Below are positions 44,821 to 54,812 of a stretch of DNA of 64,000 nt, piece after piece. The DNA is from a virus. Lineage: Duplodnaviria > Caudoviricetes. The stretch covers positions 1 to 64,000 of IMG/VR virus record IMGVR_UViG_3300033067_002020; one strand, 5' to 3'. The notes under the pieces are model-generated. The model made no database searches, was not told the DNA's origin, and saw nothing but the letters and a program-made list of their open reading frames with translations. The translations under genes and the position numbers were made by a program. The first letter of the stretch is position 1. Each line of letters opens with the position of its first letter.

Positions 44821-45106
44821 CTTTTTCTTCGCTTTCCCAACCTTCTGTTATCTGATTTGCAATGACTAAAATTGCTTCTTGTGATCTTTTGATTTCATTA
44901 ATCACGCCTTTTATATATGGATCGTCACTACCTATTGGTGTTTCTAACACCTTACCAATGTTGACATATGATGTGTTTAGAACATCTAATGATTCATTGA
45001 TTGCATCTTCCATATTGAGAACAATTTTTGCCAGTCTAAAACAATGGTAACAACAAAAAACCAGCAATGCAACTAAAATAACGATAATAATTACACAAAC
45101 GATCAT
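44813..45106 (-). CDS. Single-TM coiled-coil membrane protein
   Basis: Hydrophobic N-terminus; overlaps both neighbours. Confidence 0.75.
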   Translation of the reverse strand: MIVCVIIIVILVALLVFCCYHCFRLAKIVLNMEDAINESLDVLNTSYVNIGKVLETPIGSDDPYIKGVINEIKRSQEAILVIANQITEGWESEEKDE

Positions 45107-46272
45107 ATAATTCCCTTGAGTACATCATCATATTTCTTCATGATTGTCTGAATGTTGTAATTCTCAAGAATCAATGGCTTCAATTCTGATGCCCATCTTT
45201 TTGGAGCTTCGTAATTTGAATGCAGTTTTTTGATTTTTCGTTTAAAACACTCTTCAGAAGGAGCTGCCCACTTTGAATCTTTCATAAAAATCTGATTATC
45301 AACTCTTGAAGGATGAATCTCAACAAGCCGACTATCAATATCAATGTATTTTCCTAAACCAAGAAATTCAGTGTGCGCCGACCAGTTTGTTGCGACAACT
45401 GGCAAACCCGCGGCAGCAGCTTCAAGAATTGGCAATCCAAATCCTTCGCCTCTTGTTAATGCAACTAAAGCTTTGATAGATTCATTATGCATTAACGCAT
45501 GAACTTCGTTATCTGTCATATCACCATGTAATAGGTGAACCTTTGGAAATTCAGAAGTCTGTCGAACTTCTTTTAGTAAAGTCGTAAAAACATTCTTCAT
45601 CATGCTTCTGTCAAAGTGACTGCTTTTTCCACCGTTTGTTTTGACAACGATACCGACATCTTTGTTTCCTGCAAATGTGTCGCACAACCATTTAATCGTA
45701 TAGAAAATATTTTTGCGATCGTTTTCTGGATTGTTGCCTGTAAGTTGTCCAAAGACTAGAAAATTGAATGGCGTGTCAAATCCAAAATCAACGTCTTCAA
45801 TCACATCTTTAGAGTACACTACAGGAAACGCTTCTGGGACCACTTTTGAAGGCGTCAAGAGCGTTCCAGATTTTTTTATTGACTTCAAAGAGTGTTCTGA
45901 AGGAACAATAACTAATTGCATCTTGTTGCAAGCTGTGACCCATTCAGGGTTACATCTATCTGTTTCAACACCAGCGGTCATACCTACGTTGTAGGTCGCC
46001 ATTGCAGTTGACCATTCATTTGGCAATTTCAATTGTAACGAAACGTCATACTTGGGAAGAGGCGGAACTGTCCTCTTCATGACTTCTCCAATAAGACCAT
46101 CTTTATTTGCTGGATTTACGTGCCATGATGTGTCGCCCCAAGGCACCACTTGAACGTGAAGCTTGATTCTTCCTTGTTTTTCTGCGTTAAGGAGATATTG
46201 AAAAACTTGTTGTGCATGAACGCCATAACCACTTTGAGTCAACACTGGTGCGCTAAAAAGAACTGTTTTCAT
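45103..46272 (-). CDS. GT4-family glycosyltransferase
   Basis: SGYG, RGEGFGLPILEAAAAGLPVVAT.WS. Confidence 0.9.
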   Translation of the reverse strand: MKTVLFSAPVLTQSGYGVHAQQVFQYLLNAEKQGRIKLHVQVVPWGDTSWHVNPANKDGLIGEVMKRTVPPLPKYDVSLQLKLPNEWSTAMATYNVGMTAGVETDRCNPEWVTACNKMQLVIVPSEHSLKSIKKSGTLLTPSKVVPEAFPVVYSKDVIEDVDFGFDTPFNFLVFGQLTGNNPENDRKNIFYTIKWLCDTFAGNKDVGIVVKTNGGKSSHFDRSMMKNVFTTLLKEVRQTSEFPKVHLLHGDMTDNEVHALMHNESIKALVALTRGEGFGLPILEAAAAGLPVVATNWSAHTEFLGLGKYIDIDSRLVEIHPSRVDNQIFMKDSKWAAPSEECFKRKIKKLHSNYEAPKRWASELKPLILENYNIQTIMKKYDDVLKGII

Positions 46273-46287
46273 TATGTTTCCTTATAA

Positions 46288-48717
46288 TCAGATTTTGATT
46301 GATTCCCAGCGCTTATACGAAGATTTCCAATTTTGCAACGTATTTGTTATGGTATCATCCCATGTTTGTATCAATCGTGGCAAAGAAAATTCTTGATGTG
46401 CATACAACATTGCTTTTTGACCGATATTACGTCTTTGTTCGTCACCAAGTTCATACATTTTCATTAATGTCTTTGCTTTAGTCTCATTTGTGACGTGATC
46501 TTCATAAATTCCTGGAACTTGCTGACTTCCAGTTAGTGTCTTGAATTCAACTGGCAATGCTAATCCATTCTCTGAACCATCACGATAATCAATAACTTGT
46601 CTCTCGAGGCCACCAGTTTTAACTGCAATGATTGGTTTTGCACAATACATTGCTTCTAGTGTTGCAAGTCCAAAGCCTTCGGCGCAGTTGTGCACAGTAC
46701 ACCCAGGTAATGAATATGTGTGATCGTCTTCAACGTCAAAATTATAAACTTCGCCTGAAGCTGTTGAATCGAACGATACACTATGAACTCTTGAAACAAT
46801 ATGACCATTTATATTCCAAGAACGACACGATCCGTTATTTGTTCTCTTGCGTTCGTTCCATTCAATTGTCCAAATTTTATTTTTTGCAAATCCACCATTT
46901 TCACTATAATAAGCATTTGGACAATACCCAAGATGTATCAATAAAGTTTTTGTGCCATACGCTAATTGATGTGACACTGTTCGAATACGATTTTTTTTAT
47001 TTCCGTATTGTGGGTGTGTCAATTCACAACCATCACCATCAAAATAACCTTTCAAGAATGCTTTTCGAATGTCATTGTTAGAATTTAGAATTTCATTTGG
47101 CACTTTTTTTCCATGTGAATACATTCCACAAACATTATTAAAAAATTCAACAAGAACAGCTGATTCTTTAATGGAAACACCAATTCGATTGTTTTTGTTC
47201 TTGTAAAAAGATTCTTTATTGAAAACACGCTTAATTTTTTCTTGTAATTGATGTGCAAGTTCTTCTTCTGTAAGTCCGTTTAAACAAAATACAACAGAAT
47301 TTGTTGTTCCATCAGCGCACCACAAACCTAAAATATACGCTAAATCTTCATCTAGTTTTAGAAATCTATCACATACTTGTCTGCCTGAATTAGTGTAACC
47401 TGCATAGATGTATGAATCATCAGCAGAATATTGATTACAAGTTGTTTGTTCATTATAAGAAATTTTTCTATCTTTTACGTAATCAAACAAATCAAACGTA
47501 AATGAATCGCAATCAGACAATTTTTGGTTATCATAAACAACATAATCGCCAACTTTTATATCAGATGCTTTTACCCACGTAACTAAATCTAGCATTTTAT
47601 CAAGATTTTCATTAATCAAAAAATTAACATCTGACTTACGAATCACTCGAAATGGATGTTCTGGTGTTACAACAACTTTGTCTGTGTTAGTTACACCAAA
47701 AGTATAAAGACCTTCATTTGGTTGAAGATTACGACACGATTTATTTTGAACACGTTTATAGTGACCTTCGTGTGTCAACACTAACTCACCAACATTTACA
47801 TCAGCAATTTGCTTGTATCCTTTATCTGTCACAACTAATTGAGTCCCTGGAAAACAACTATAGTTTATAACAGTATCGGCAATATTATACAGTTGATTCA
47901 TTTCCTCAAACATCGGTTTCGATCTACTGAAAACAACTTTGTCTTTAATTCCGAGTGCTTCAACAATCACGTTTAGATTGGGTCCTTCTGGATCTAACGG
48001 ATCAGTGTGCATAATAAGTGTTGCTTTAGAATGACCGTGTTTTTCTTGCAAATTATCAAGAAACATTTTCCAAGAAACTAAAACATCGCCTGGCATCTTG
48101 CGTCTGGCGTTTCTATTCACCCACAAAACAACAAATTCATCATCAGGTCTTCCTGATAACAACTTGCGTTTATGTTTCAGTTGCTCTTCAACAGAAAGGG
48201 GATGAAATAATTCTTGAGGCAATGCATGTGGTGCCCAATTCACTTTATTGGGATACTTTTCTTCAGGATACATCTTTTTTAGAAAATCATACGTCGGTCT
48301 ATTGATGCAATTCAATAAATCGACAGAATCATAAATCTCTTTGTTATATGTCGGTGCATATTCACATTGATCCCATAAGTGATTATAAAGAATGGGACAT
48401 ACTTGATGAACCTCATCTGACATCGCAAAGATGTGCATGAAGAATCTAGGATCAGTAAACAACAGAAGGCCATCAGGACGCTCAGTCGCCAACAGCACTC
48501 GAATCATATCTTGGTTACCAAACCCATCAATGGGTTTGATTATGAAATCTTCGTTAACAGCGACAGTTTCATATGATTCATGTCGAATTGCTCCACCCAA
48601 AACTCTAAATGAATATTTTCCAGTGTTAATCAAACCGTGAATCAAATACCTCGCTTGACAGCCTACCCCGGAGCTTGATAACGGGTGATCTGAAAACATT
48701 AGAATTTTCTTCTTCAT
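46288..48717 (-). CDS. GT4-family glycosyltransferase containing an intein
   Basis: SGVG, NRN.RRK; after splicing reads NYS-CAEGFGLATLEA. Confidence 0.9.
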   Translation of the reverse strand: MKKKILMFSDHPLSSSGVGCQARYLIHGLINTGKYSFRVLGGAIRHESYETVAVNEDFIIKPIDGFGNQDMIRVLLATERPDGLLLFTDPRFFMHIFAMSDEVHQVCPILYNHLWDQCEYAPTYNKEIYDSVDLLNCINRPTYDFLKKMYPEEKYPNKVNWAPHALPQELFHPLSVEEQLKHKRKLLSGRPDDEFVVLWVNRNARRKMPGDVLVSWKMFLDNLQEKHGHSKATLIMHTDPLDPEGPNLNVIVEALGIKDKVVFSRSKPMFEEMNQLYNIADTVINYSCFPGTQLVVTDKGYKQIADVNVGELVLTHEGHYKRVQNKSCRNLQPNEGLYTFGVTNTDKVVVTPEHPFRVIRKSDVNFLINENLDKMLDLVTWVKASDIKVGDYVVYDNQKLSDCDSFTFDLFDYVKDRKISYNEQTTCNQYSADDSYIYAGYTNSGRQVCDRFLKLDEDLAYILGLWCADGTTNSVVFCLNGLTEEELAHQLQEKIKRVFNKESFYKNKNNRIGVSIKESAVLVEFFNNVCGMYSHGKKVPNEILNSNNDIRKAFLKGYFDGDGCELTHPQYGNKKNRIRTVSHQLAYGTKTLLIHLGYCPNAYYSENGGFAKNKIWTIEWNERKRTNNGSCRSWNINGHIVSRVHSVSFDSTASGEVYNFDVEDDHTYSLPGCTVHNCAEGFGLATLEAMYCAKPIIAVKTGGLERQVIDYRDGSENGLALPVEFKTLTGSQQVPGIYEDHVTNETKAKTLMKMYELGDEQRRNIGQKAMLYAHQEFSLPRLIQTWDDTITNTLQNWKSSYKRWESIKI
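46687..47856 (-). mobile_element. Intein with LAGLIDADG homing endonuclease (390 aa, residues 288-677)
   Basis: Block A CFPGTQLV..G...I..V.VG..VLTH.G; LGLWCADG and FLKGYFDGDG; VYNFDV...HTY......VHN then Cys+1. Confidence 0.93.
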
Positions 48718-48752
48718 GACTCTATATTACTTTCTTACGTAAAAACGTATAA

Positions 48753-50279
48753 CTACACATCAATTATAAATTTATGTTTTACACAACCGTAAATTTTATA
48801 CATTTTACGTTCTGTAATTTCATTTTGTTGTGTTATTTGTTGATGTGAAAAACGTTGATTTTTATCTGTTAACCAGAACTTAACATCTGTGTCATCTAAT
48901 TGCTTAAATCCTATTTTCATATATGACAATCCAGAACCAATTCTTGCATCTACACATGTTATGATTTGCGTATACTCATGCATTTTAGCCCATGTCTTTA
49001 CGAATGTCATTAATTTTGACAAGCCGCCAGTTACACAAATAAATTGTTTTGTTGCGAATCTTACAATTTCAATTATATTTCCGTGTTCACTAAAAGATTT
49101 ACGTAAACTAATAGCGGCAACAATTTCGTTTTTATATGTCAATCCAAACGAAATTATCGATTCTGCGTCACCATCGAGATGATTGTTAGAAAAAAATTCT
49201 TTCTTTTCATCGTTCTTTAAAACAACAATATTACACTTTCTAGCGCCAACTTTGACACTTTTCTTTAAACGATGCAAAATCATTGATTTGCAAATATCAA
49301 TTTTGTTTTCCCATTCATCTTCAAAAAATGATAAAAATTCTACTTGTTGTTGTAAACAGTTTTTACGTTTATTTTCTTTGTCATTTTTAGATGAAAATAA
49401 TTCAGAGTGCCAATACAAACCATCAAATTCAATCGCCAATTGATCTGGAACTAACACATCAATTTCCAACGGAGAAATAAACGTTCTGTTATTCAACAAC
49501 ACTGGTACATTTAATGATTTCACATAATTGAAAATTTCAATTTGCGATCTTGAAGGTGTTGAATCAAATCCACAATTTTTACAACGTAATTGATTATCAT
49601 ATCTTATTAGATTGTAGGCACTCGACTTATGTTCATAGGCACAAGTTTTACACTTTACAATTAATAGATGATCAATGTTTGTGTTTCGATTATCAAAATT
49701 TTGTAAACCATCAATAATTTCAAATTTATCTTGAATTACTAAATTCAAGCGTTGAATAAAAACATCATATGACATCCGTAACGGATTGTTTTTTACACAA
49801 TAATTCTTCTTACGTGTTTGTGATATTGATCTTCTAATTTCTTCGCTTTTGTCAGTTGACATCCACATGACAACTTCACCAGTTTGAATTTTATTTTTCA
49901 TTGTAACAGAACGTTTTTGTGATGCTTTCTTAACAATTTCTACGTTCTGTTCTTTTGTTGACCAATGTTTCCAGTCTGATGATTGTGTTGTTTGTAAACG
50001 ACTTTTTACAATTTTTTGAATTATTTCATCAGTTGTATGACCATGAGCAAGCTTTCCAAACCCATAATTCCAACCTGACCAACGTGTATAATTTTCACAA
50101 TCATTTTTACAAGAACACTTCGGTCTGATATTGTTACAAAACAACATAACATAAAATTCTTCAGAACTAATATTGTGTTGTTTTGCGTGTAATCCTAACG
50201 ATCTTGAATAACCAGTAATGTGCAAATTGCAAATAGGACATTTCACATCGTATGTTTTAAGCCGAGATTTTTTTCTCAT
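48753..50279 (-). mobile_element. Free-standing Hef-like homing endonuclease (Zn finger plus Vsr/DUF559-like domain)
   Basis: CPIC...H; LEIDV...LAIEFDGLYWHS..FEDEW; GARKC...NHLDG...GG.SKL. Confidence 0.8.
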
Positions 50280-50280
50280 T

Positions 50281-51894
50281 TCATCTCTTCTTCACAAGTA
50301 ACTTATGCTCAGGAAAATATAGGTAATCAATTTGTGTCTTCATAAAGCAATTAATCGCATGAATTGGTTCTTCGACGATTGGCTCTCTGTCATTGAATGA
50401 CGTATTCAACAAAATAGGAACGCCTGTTCGTTGATACCATTTTGTCAAAAATGCGTGATACCATTCGTTGTCTTCTTTTCTGACAGTTTGTAGTCTGCCA
50501 GTTCCATCAAAGTGAACGACGGCAGGAACTTTTGATTTCACTTCATCTTTAAACGGTAAGACGAAGTTCATATACGGACTTTCTACGTCAGAATATACCT
50601 GAAACCATTCACGAACATGTTCATACAAAATTGACGGTGCAAATGGTCTAAACGATTGACGGTGTTTGACTTTCTGGTTGATCATGTCCTTCATTTGCGG
50701 ATTTCTAGGATCAGCAATGATTGATCTGTTACCCAGAGCCCTTCTCCCGGACTCCGCCCTCTCGTTGAACACAGAAATAATCGAACCATTTGACAGTAGT
50801 TCTATCACAAAATTGTCATCCGAATTTTCTACCACCGCTTGAGGGCAACTTTCCAGAGCATCTAACACTTGTTTTTTAGAATATGACTTCCCAAGATATG
50901 ATGATGCGTTTTTGTTCCAATCGACTCTTTGGTTACCCAAAACGTGATGCCAAGTGTGTTGGGCAGAACCTATTGTTAGGCCCGCATCATACGGGACGGG
51001 TGGAATATAAACATCGTACATGTTTGATAACATTCCCATGGCAACTGAATTTAAAGCAACACCACCAGAAATACAAATGTTGCCAATTCTAAGTTCCTGT
51101 ACAGCGTCTCCAACAATGCCCAAGATCAATTCTTGTGTCGCCATTTGCAACGCACCAGCCATGTCAAACTTAGCTTGCTCATCGTTTTGTGCGATGTCAC
51201 GCCATTTTCCAAGGAATGGATGCCGAGGTTCTCTTGGATCTTTAACAGACATACCTGTAATATGACCAGGAGCTCTTGCGACAGTTTTCGCTAAGTTATC
51301 TGTCATAAAAGACCTAAAATCTTTTAGATACTTTTCTGGGTTTTTTGCCAGCGCCGCAAGTGCCATTGTTGTTCCACACTGATTTCCGTATGGATATCCA
51401 GATTCATATCCAAAAACGCAGCGTGTCACTCTTGACCAAACACCACCAATATTGATCTGTGATAATGGAATGTATTTGACGGCTTTTAGTTTTGTATCAT
51501 CACCTTTCCAAACTGTGACGCCAGTAGTGAATCCTGTCTCGTCTTCAATGCCACCACCATCTATTGTGATGATAATCGCAGATTTGAAATTGCTGGAATA
51601 AAATGCATTTGACGCATGCGATTGATGATGTCCAACGACGTAAAGTGGTGCAATACCAGAGATTTTATCCCATGATTGTTTGTACTCTTTGATTCCGTTA
51701 TCAAGATGACATGTTGATAAACCAATGATATCACTTACATCACCATGATGGTCAAAGAACAATTTAATGCTATCATAAGGAGGTTCTTTTACACGAAGGT
51801 GTCTTTCTGCCTCTGTGTGCAGTTCAATTTTACCATCGTTTAAAACACAAAATGATGCATCGTGCCCACTCCAAAGACCTAAAATCTTTTTCAT
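50281..51894 (-). CDS. Carbamoyltransferase (NodU/CmcH family)
   Basis: GHDAS, ER..R.K, HH.SHA, GG.ALN, RALGNRSI, RPFAPS, DGTGRLQTV, LLNTSFN. Confidence 0.95.
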   Translation of the reverse strand: MKKILGLWSGHDASFCVLNDGKIELHTEAERHLRVKEPPYDSIKLFFDHHGDVSDIIGLSTCHLDNGIKEYKQSWDKISGIAPLYVVGHHQSHASNAFYSSNFKSAIIITIDGGGIEDETGFTTGVTVWKGDDTKLKAVKYIPLSQINIGGVWSRVTRCVFGYESGYPYGNQCGTTMALAALAKNPEKYLKDFRSFMTDNLAKTVARAPGHITGMSVKDPREPRHPFLGKWRDIAQNDEQAKFDMAGALQMATQELILGIVGDAVQELRIGNICISGGVALNSVAMGMLSNMYDVYIPPVPYDAGLTIGSAQHTWHHVLGNQRVDWNKNASSYLGKSYSKKQVLDALESCPQAVVENSDDNFVIELLSNGSIISVFNERAESGRRALGNRSIIADPRNPQMKDMINQKVKHRQSFRPFAPSILYEHVREWFQVYSDVESPYMNFVLPFKDEVKSKVPAVVHFDGTGRLQTVRKEDNEWYHAFLTKWYQRTGVPILLNTSFNDREPIVEEPIHAINCFMKTQIDYLYFPEHKLLVKKR

Positions 51895-51895
51895 G

Positions 51896-52063
51896 TTACA
51901 ATTTTACCCTTGTTCCGTCGCAAATTATACGCAAAAAGGGACGAAATTTTCCGTCCCAATCTACTATTCCTGATAGTATTTGTTGATCGTATGGATGTTT
52001 TCTGTATTCTTTACCACAAATCTGACAAACACAATCTCCAGACGCTCTAATAAAATCAATCAT
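51896..52063 (-). CDS. Small Zn-binding protein, 55 aa (MIDFIRASGDCVCQICGKEYRKHP...CDGTRVKL), not in the ORF track
   Basis: Translated by hand; ATGA overlap with the nuclease stop; fills the gap. Confidence 0.75.
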   Translation of the reverse strand: MIDFIRASGDCVCQICGKEYRKHPYDQQILSGIVDWDGKFRPFLRIICDGTRVKL

Positions 52064-52869
52064 TTGCAATGTTCGGTGTCTTTATAGTCACAATATTTAC
52101 ATGATTCTTTATTTTTCAATGAAAATCCACGTTTGATGCAAGACAGTGAATTTCCAAGAATCTTAAGTGATCTATCAATTGTGACATCGCCAACAGACAC
52201 TGGAATTGAGTAACAAATCTTTCCAGGTTTTCCAGACTTCAACAGAATAAGAAAGGCGCATCTAACATCTTTTAATGGAATGTTATGTTTTGTTGCCCAA
52301 AATTTCTTGTATAAGACAAGCTGAGCTCGCTTTTTAACATCACCAATTGCATCTCGATTCCATGGTCTATTTGCAGTCTTGAAGTCAATGATCCAATATA
52401 GAAATTGTCCAGGCTTTTTTCCAGGAACTTTTATGACGCAATCTATGAATCCTTTAAAATTCAAACCGTCATGTTTTTCAAAGAAAACTTTCAAGTCTTC
52501 AAACAATGCTTCTTCAGAAGCAATCATTTCCCAATTTGGGAAAGTATCATCTAAAAATTTTGGCAATTCATTCATGATATTTTGAATTGATTGCACTAAT
52601 TTTTCTTTATTGCTTTCTTGAAAGCTTTCTGAAGTACCAAACTTTTCAAATCCTTCATCAAGAATTTTTTTTGCAGTGTCTAGATTTACTTCTTTGTTTT
52701 TCAAAAAATGTTCTGCAGCCGCGTGGACTGCAGAACCGAAAACTAAATGAATACTGGGTTTTGACAAATCAATTTTCTTGACATGTCTAAGATAATGACG
52801 ATAAGAACAATCCCACCAATCCTTAAGTTCAGAAAAAGAAATGTGAGGTTTTCCGGTGGGTAATATCAT
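52060..52869 (-). CDS. PD-(D/E)XK Cas4/RecB-like exonuclease (start 52869)
   Basis: ISFSE...C, FG.AVH, GFIDC, IIDFKT, QL.LY, C.YC.Y...C. Confidence 0.85.
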   Translation of the reverse strand: MILPTGKPHISFSELKDWWDCSYRHYLRHVKKIDLSKPSIHLVFGSAVHAAAEHFLKNKEVNLDTAKKILDEGFEKFGTSESFQESNKEKLVQSIQNIMNELPKFLDDTFPNWEMIASEEALFEDLKVFFEKHDGLNFKGFIDCVIKVPGKKPGQFLYWIIDFKTANRPWNRDAIGDVKKRAQLVLYKKFWATKHNIPLKDVRCAFLILLKSGKPGKICYSIPVSVGDVTIDRSLKILGNSLSCIKRGFSLKNKESCKYCDYKDTEHCK

Positions 52870-52871
52870 GA

Positions 52872-53288
52872 TTATTTTCCTAAGAAACACAAACCAGTAA
52901 GAATGCAAGCCAATCCAATCACTTTTGCAGAAGTAATTGTTTCATTGAAAATGAAAATAGAAAGAATGAACGTAACCATCGGATACGCAGACGTCAATCC
53001 TACAACCTTTGACACACTTTCAGTTCTTAGTGAAAACGTAAATGCTAACGTGGCCATCGCACCACACAAGGCTCCAATTAGAGCATAACAATTACCTTTG
53101 AAATTTGAATCAAACGAATGATTTGAAATTTTCAACATGTACAAGTAAATTGGAATTGTTATTCCGCTGCCGAGAGCCGCAATCAATGATACTTGTACTG
53201 GATAGATTCGTAATTGGGCTGCTTTATTAAAGATCCCCCAAAGACCCCAACACAAAATCGCAATTGCGATTAAAATGTTACTATTCAC
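52872..53288 (-). CDS. EamA/DMT-superfamily small transporter
   Basis: WG.W..F.K, S.V..L...YP......IF.E.IT..K.IG; several TM helices. Confidence 0.85.
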   Translation of the reverse strand: MNSNILIAIAILCWGLWGIFNKAAQLRIYPVQVSLIAALGSGITIPIYLYMLKISNHSFDSNFKGNCYALIGALCGAMATLAFTFSLRTESVSKVVGLTSAYPMVTFILSIFIFNETITSAKVIGLACILTGLCFLGK

Positions 53289-53512
53289 GGGACCATCAAT
53301 GCTTGAATAGCAGTGATAACTCTATTTTTCAAATCATCTGGTAGAACCGAAAGTTGCACATACTCTTCTTGAACCATTCCACCACTTGAATACCCGCCAG
53401 TATGCAATTGATTTGGTCTCGGTGACAAGGTACGAATAAACAAAGGTCTTGTTGAATCAGTCGAAGTAATTGGTAATGTTAGTGTGACAACTGTTTGATC
53501 AGAAACATTCAT
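53285..53512 (-). CDS. Hypothetical protein, 75 aa
   Basis: AGGAGA SD; GTGA overlap. Confidence 0.75.
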   Translation of the reverse strand: MNVSDQTVVTLTLPITSTDSTRPLFIRTLSPRPNQLHTGGYSSGGMVQEEYVQLSVLPDDLKNRVITAIQALMVP

Positions 53513-53530
53513 GTGAATTCTCCTAAAAAG

Positions 53531-53574
53531 AGACTGACACTTGCAAAGGTAAATCTTATTGCAAGTGTTAGTTT
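53531..53574 (-). terminator. Hairpin, likely a terminator for - strand transcripts
   Basis: 13-bp inverted repeat 53534-53546/53559-53571 (one mismatch), followed on the - strand by TCTCTTTTT. Confidence 0.55.
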
Positions 53575-53592
53575 TATACAGTAAAAACTACA

Positions 53593-53820
53593 TCAACCGT
53601 AATAATGAGTTTCTAGAAGACGCAAAAGAGTTCTTGCTTCGTGACCATTTAGTTCCACAGTCACACCGCCTCTAGACAAAAGAAAGTTTGTTGCGTTGTT
53701 GGTCGACGTTTGTGCAACTGCAACAAGACTCCCAGGATCACGACGATCAGTGTAAGTCTCACGGGCATGAAGTGTATGAACGTTGACATTAGAAACGATA
53801 CGTGCATTACGATTGCTCAT
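53593..53820 (-). CDS. Hypothetical protein, 75 aa
   Basis: GGAG SD. Confidence 0.75.
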   Translation of the reverse strand: MSNRNARIVSNVNVHTLHARETYTDRRDPGSLVAVAQTSTNNATNFLLSRGGVTVELNGHEARTLLRLLETHYYG

Positions 53821-53886
53821 TTATTTTCTCCAGTATTGTTTGAGTGTTTCGTTACTTTTTTACAGTACCATCTACTAAACTTATGT

Positions 53887-54210
53887 TCAAGAAGTGCAAA
53901 GAAATTGTTTCGCCTCTTCAACAAACAATTCCATATCTTCCAGTGACATAATCAAAGGAATTTCAACCGTATCAACTCTAAGCGTGTAATAAGATGTCTT
54001 TGTAGCCTCGTCTTGTTTTAAGACGATTTCTAATGCTCTTGAAGACCTAAGACAATAAACAACTTTTGCCGTCATTACCATATCTCTGGTAAAACGTAAA
54101 GTTAACACGCCATTGTCATCGAGTGATACGACACTTACATCATCTATTACTTGTTCTTGACTTTTAATAAAGTCGCCAACATTCACTGTTCTAACAAAAA
54201 TTTGTTTCAT
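53887..54210 (-). CDS. Hypothetical protein, 107 aa
   Basis: ATGA overlap with the methylase stop. Confidence 0.7.
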   Translation of the reverse strand: MKQIFVRTVNVGDFIKSQEQVIDDVSVVSLDDNGVLTLRFTRDMVMTAKVVYCLRSSRALEIVLKQDEATKTSYYTLRVDTVEIPLIMSLEDMELFVEEAKQFLCTS

Positions 54211-54812
54211 TGTGACTCCTTGAGTTTAGCTAACGATTCTCTAACGTCAAGACCATCTAATTCATTTCCAGTGCAAGTCCAACCTTCTGTGTGTCGTCTC
54301 GCGAACAATTCAAGTTTCTTTGCATCAGGAAACATTAAATTGAATGAATTATGCAAGTTTTGTGGTTTCTTACTGTGCATCTCGTTTAAAGCAAGCTCAA
54401 AATCAGGTGGCAAATCTTCATCAACAATGAGTGATCTTTGCGATTTATTTTGAAGATTTGCATATGGTTTACCGCATGTTCCAATCAACGCAATTTCATG
54501 AGAACCTCTAAACATTCGACCCATGCCGAATTCAATTTTTCCTGATTTTGTGGTTTTACCCCAAACGTATGTTGTTGTTTGTCGAAATCCCCACGATGTC
54601 ATTGTCCTAAGTCCATCAGATAACATCGATGAAGGAACCCATAATGCTAAAACTCCCCAATCACCAACGATAGATTGCACGTCAATATTGACAATGTCAT
54701 CCACGGATAAAACACCTTTATATTGAGATTCTGCTCCTCTTTTGACAGAACTCATTGTCAATTTATCATCAAATTTCCACGGCGGATCAGCGATTATTAC
54801 GTTAAATTTCAT
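54207..54812 (-). CDS. MT-A70-family N6-adenine methyltransferase
   Basis: IIADPPW, LALW, WGF, VWGK, GMG, HS.KP, LELFARR..GW...GNE. Confidence 0.92.
   Translation of the reverse strand: MKFNVIIADPPWKFDDKLTMSSVKRGAESQYKGVLSVDDIVNIDVQSIVGDWGVLALWVPSSMLSDGLRTMTSWGFRQTTTYVWGKTTKSGKIEFGMGRMFRGSHEIALIGTCGKPYANLQNKSQRSLIVDEDLPPDFELALNEMHSKKPQNLHNSFNLMFPDAKKLELFARRHTEGWTCTGNELDGLDVRESLAKLKESQ

Noticed and set aside
52060-52869. CRISPR-Cas locus
   Set aside because: Lone Cas4-like nuclease; no other cas genes or repeat-spacer array seen.
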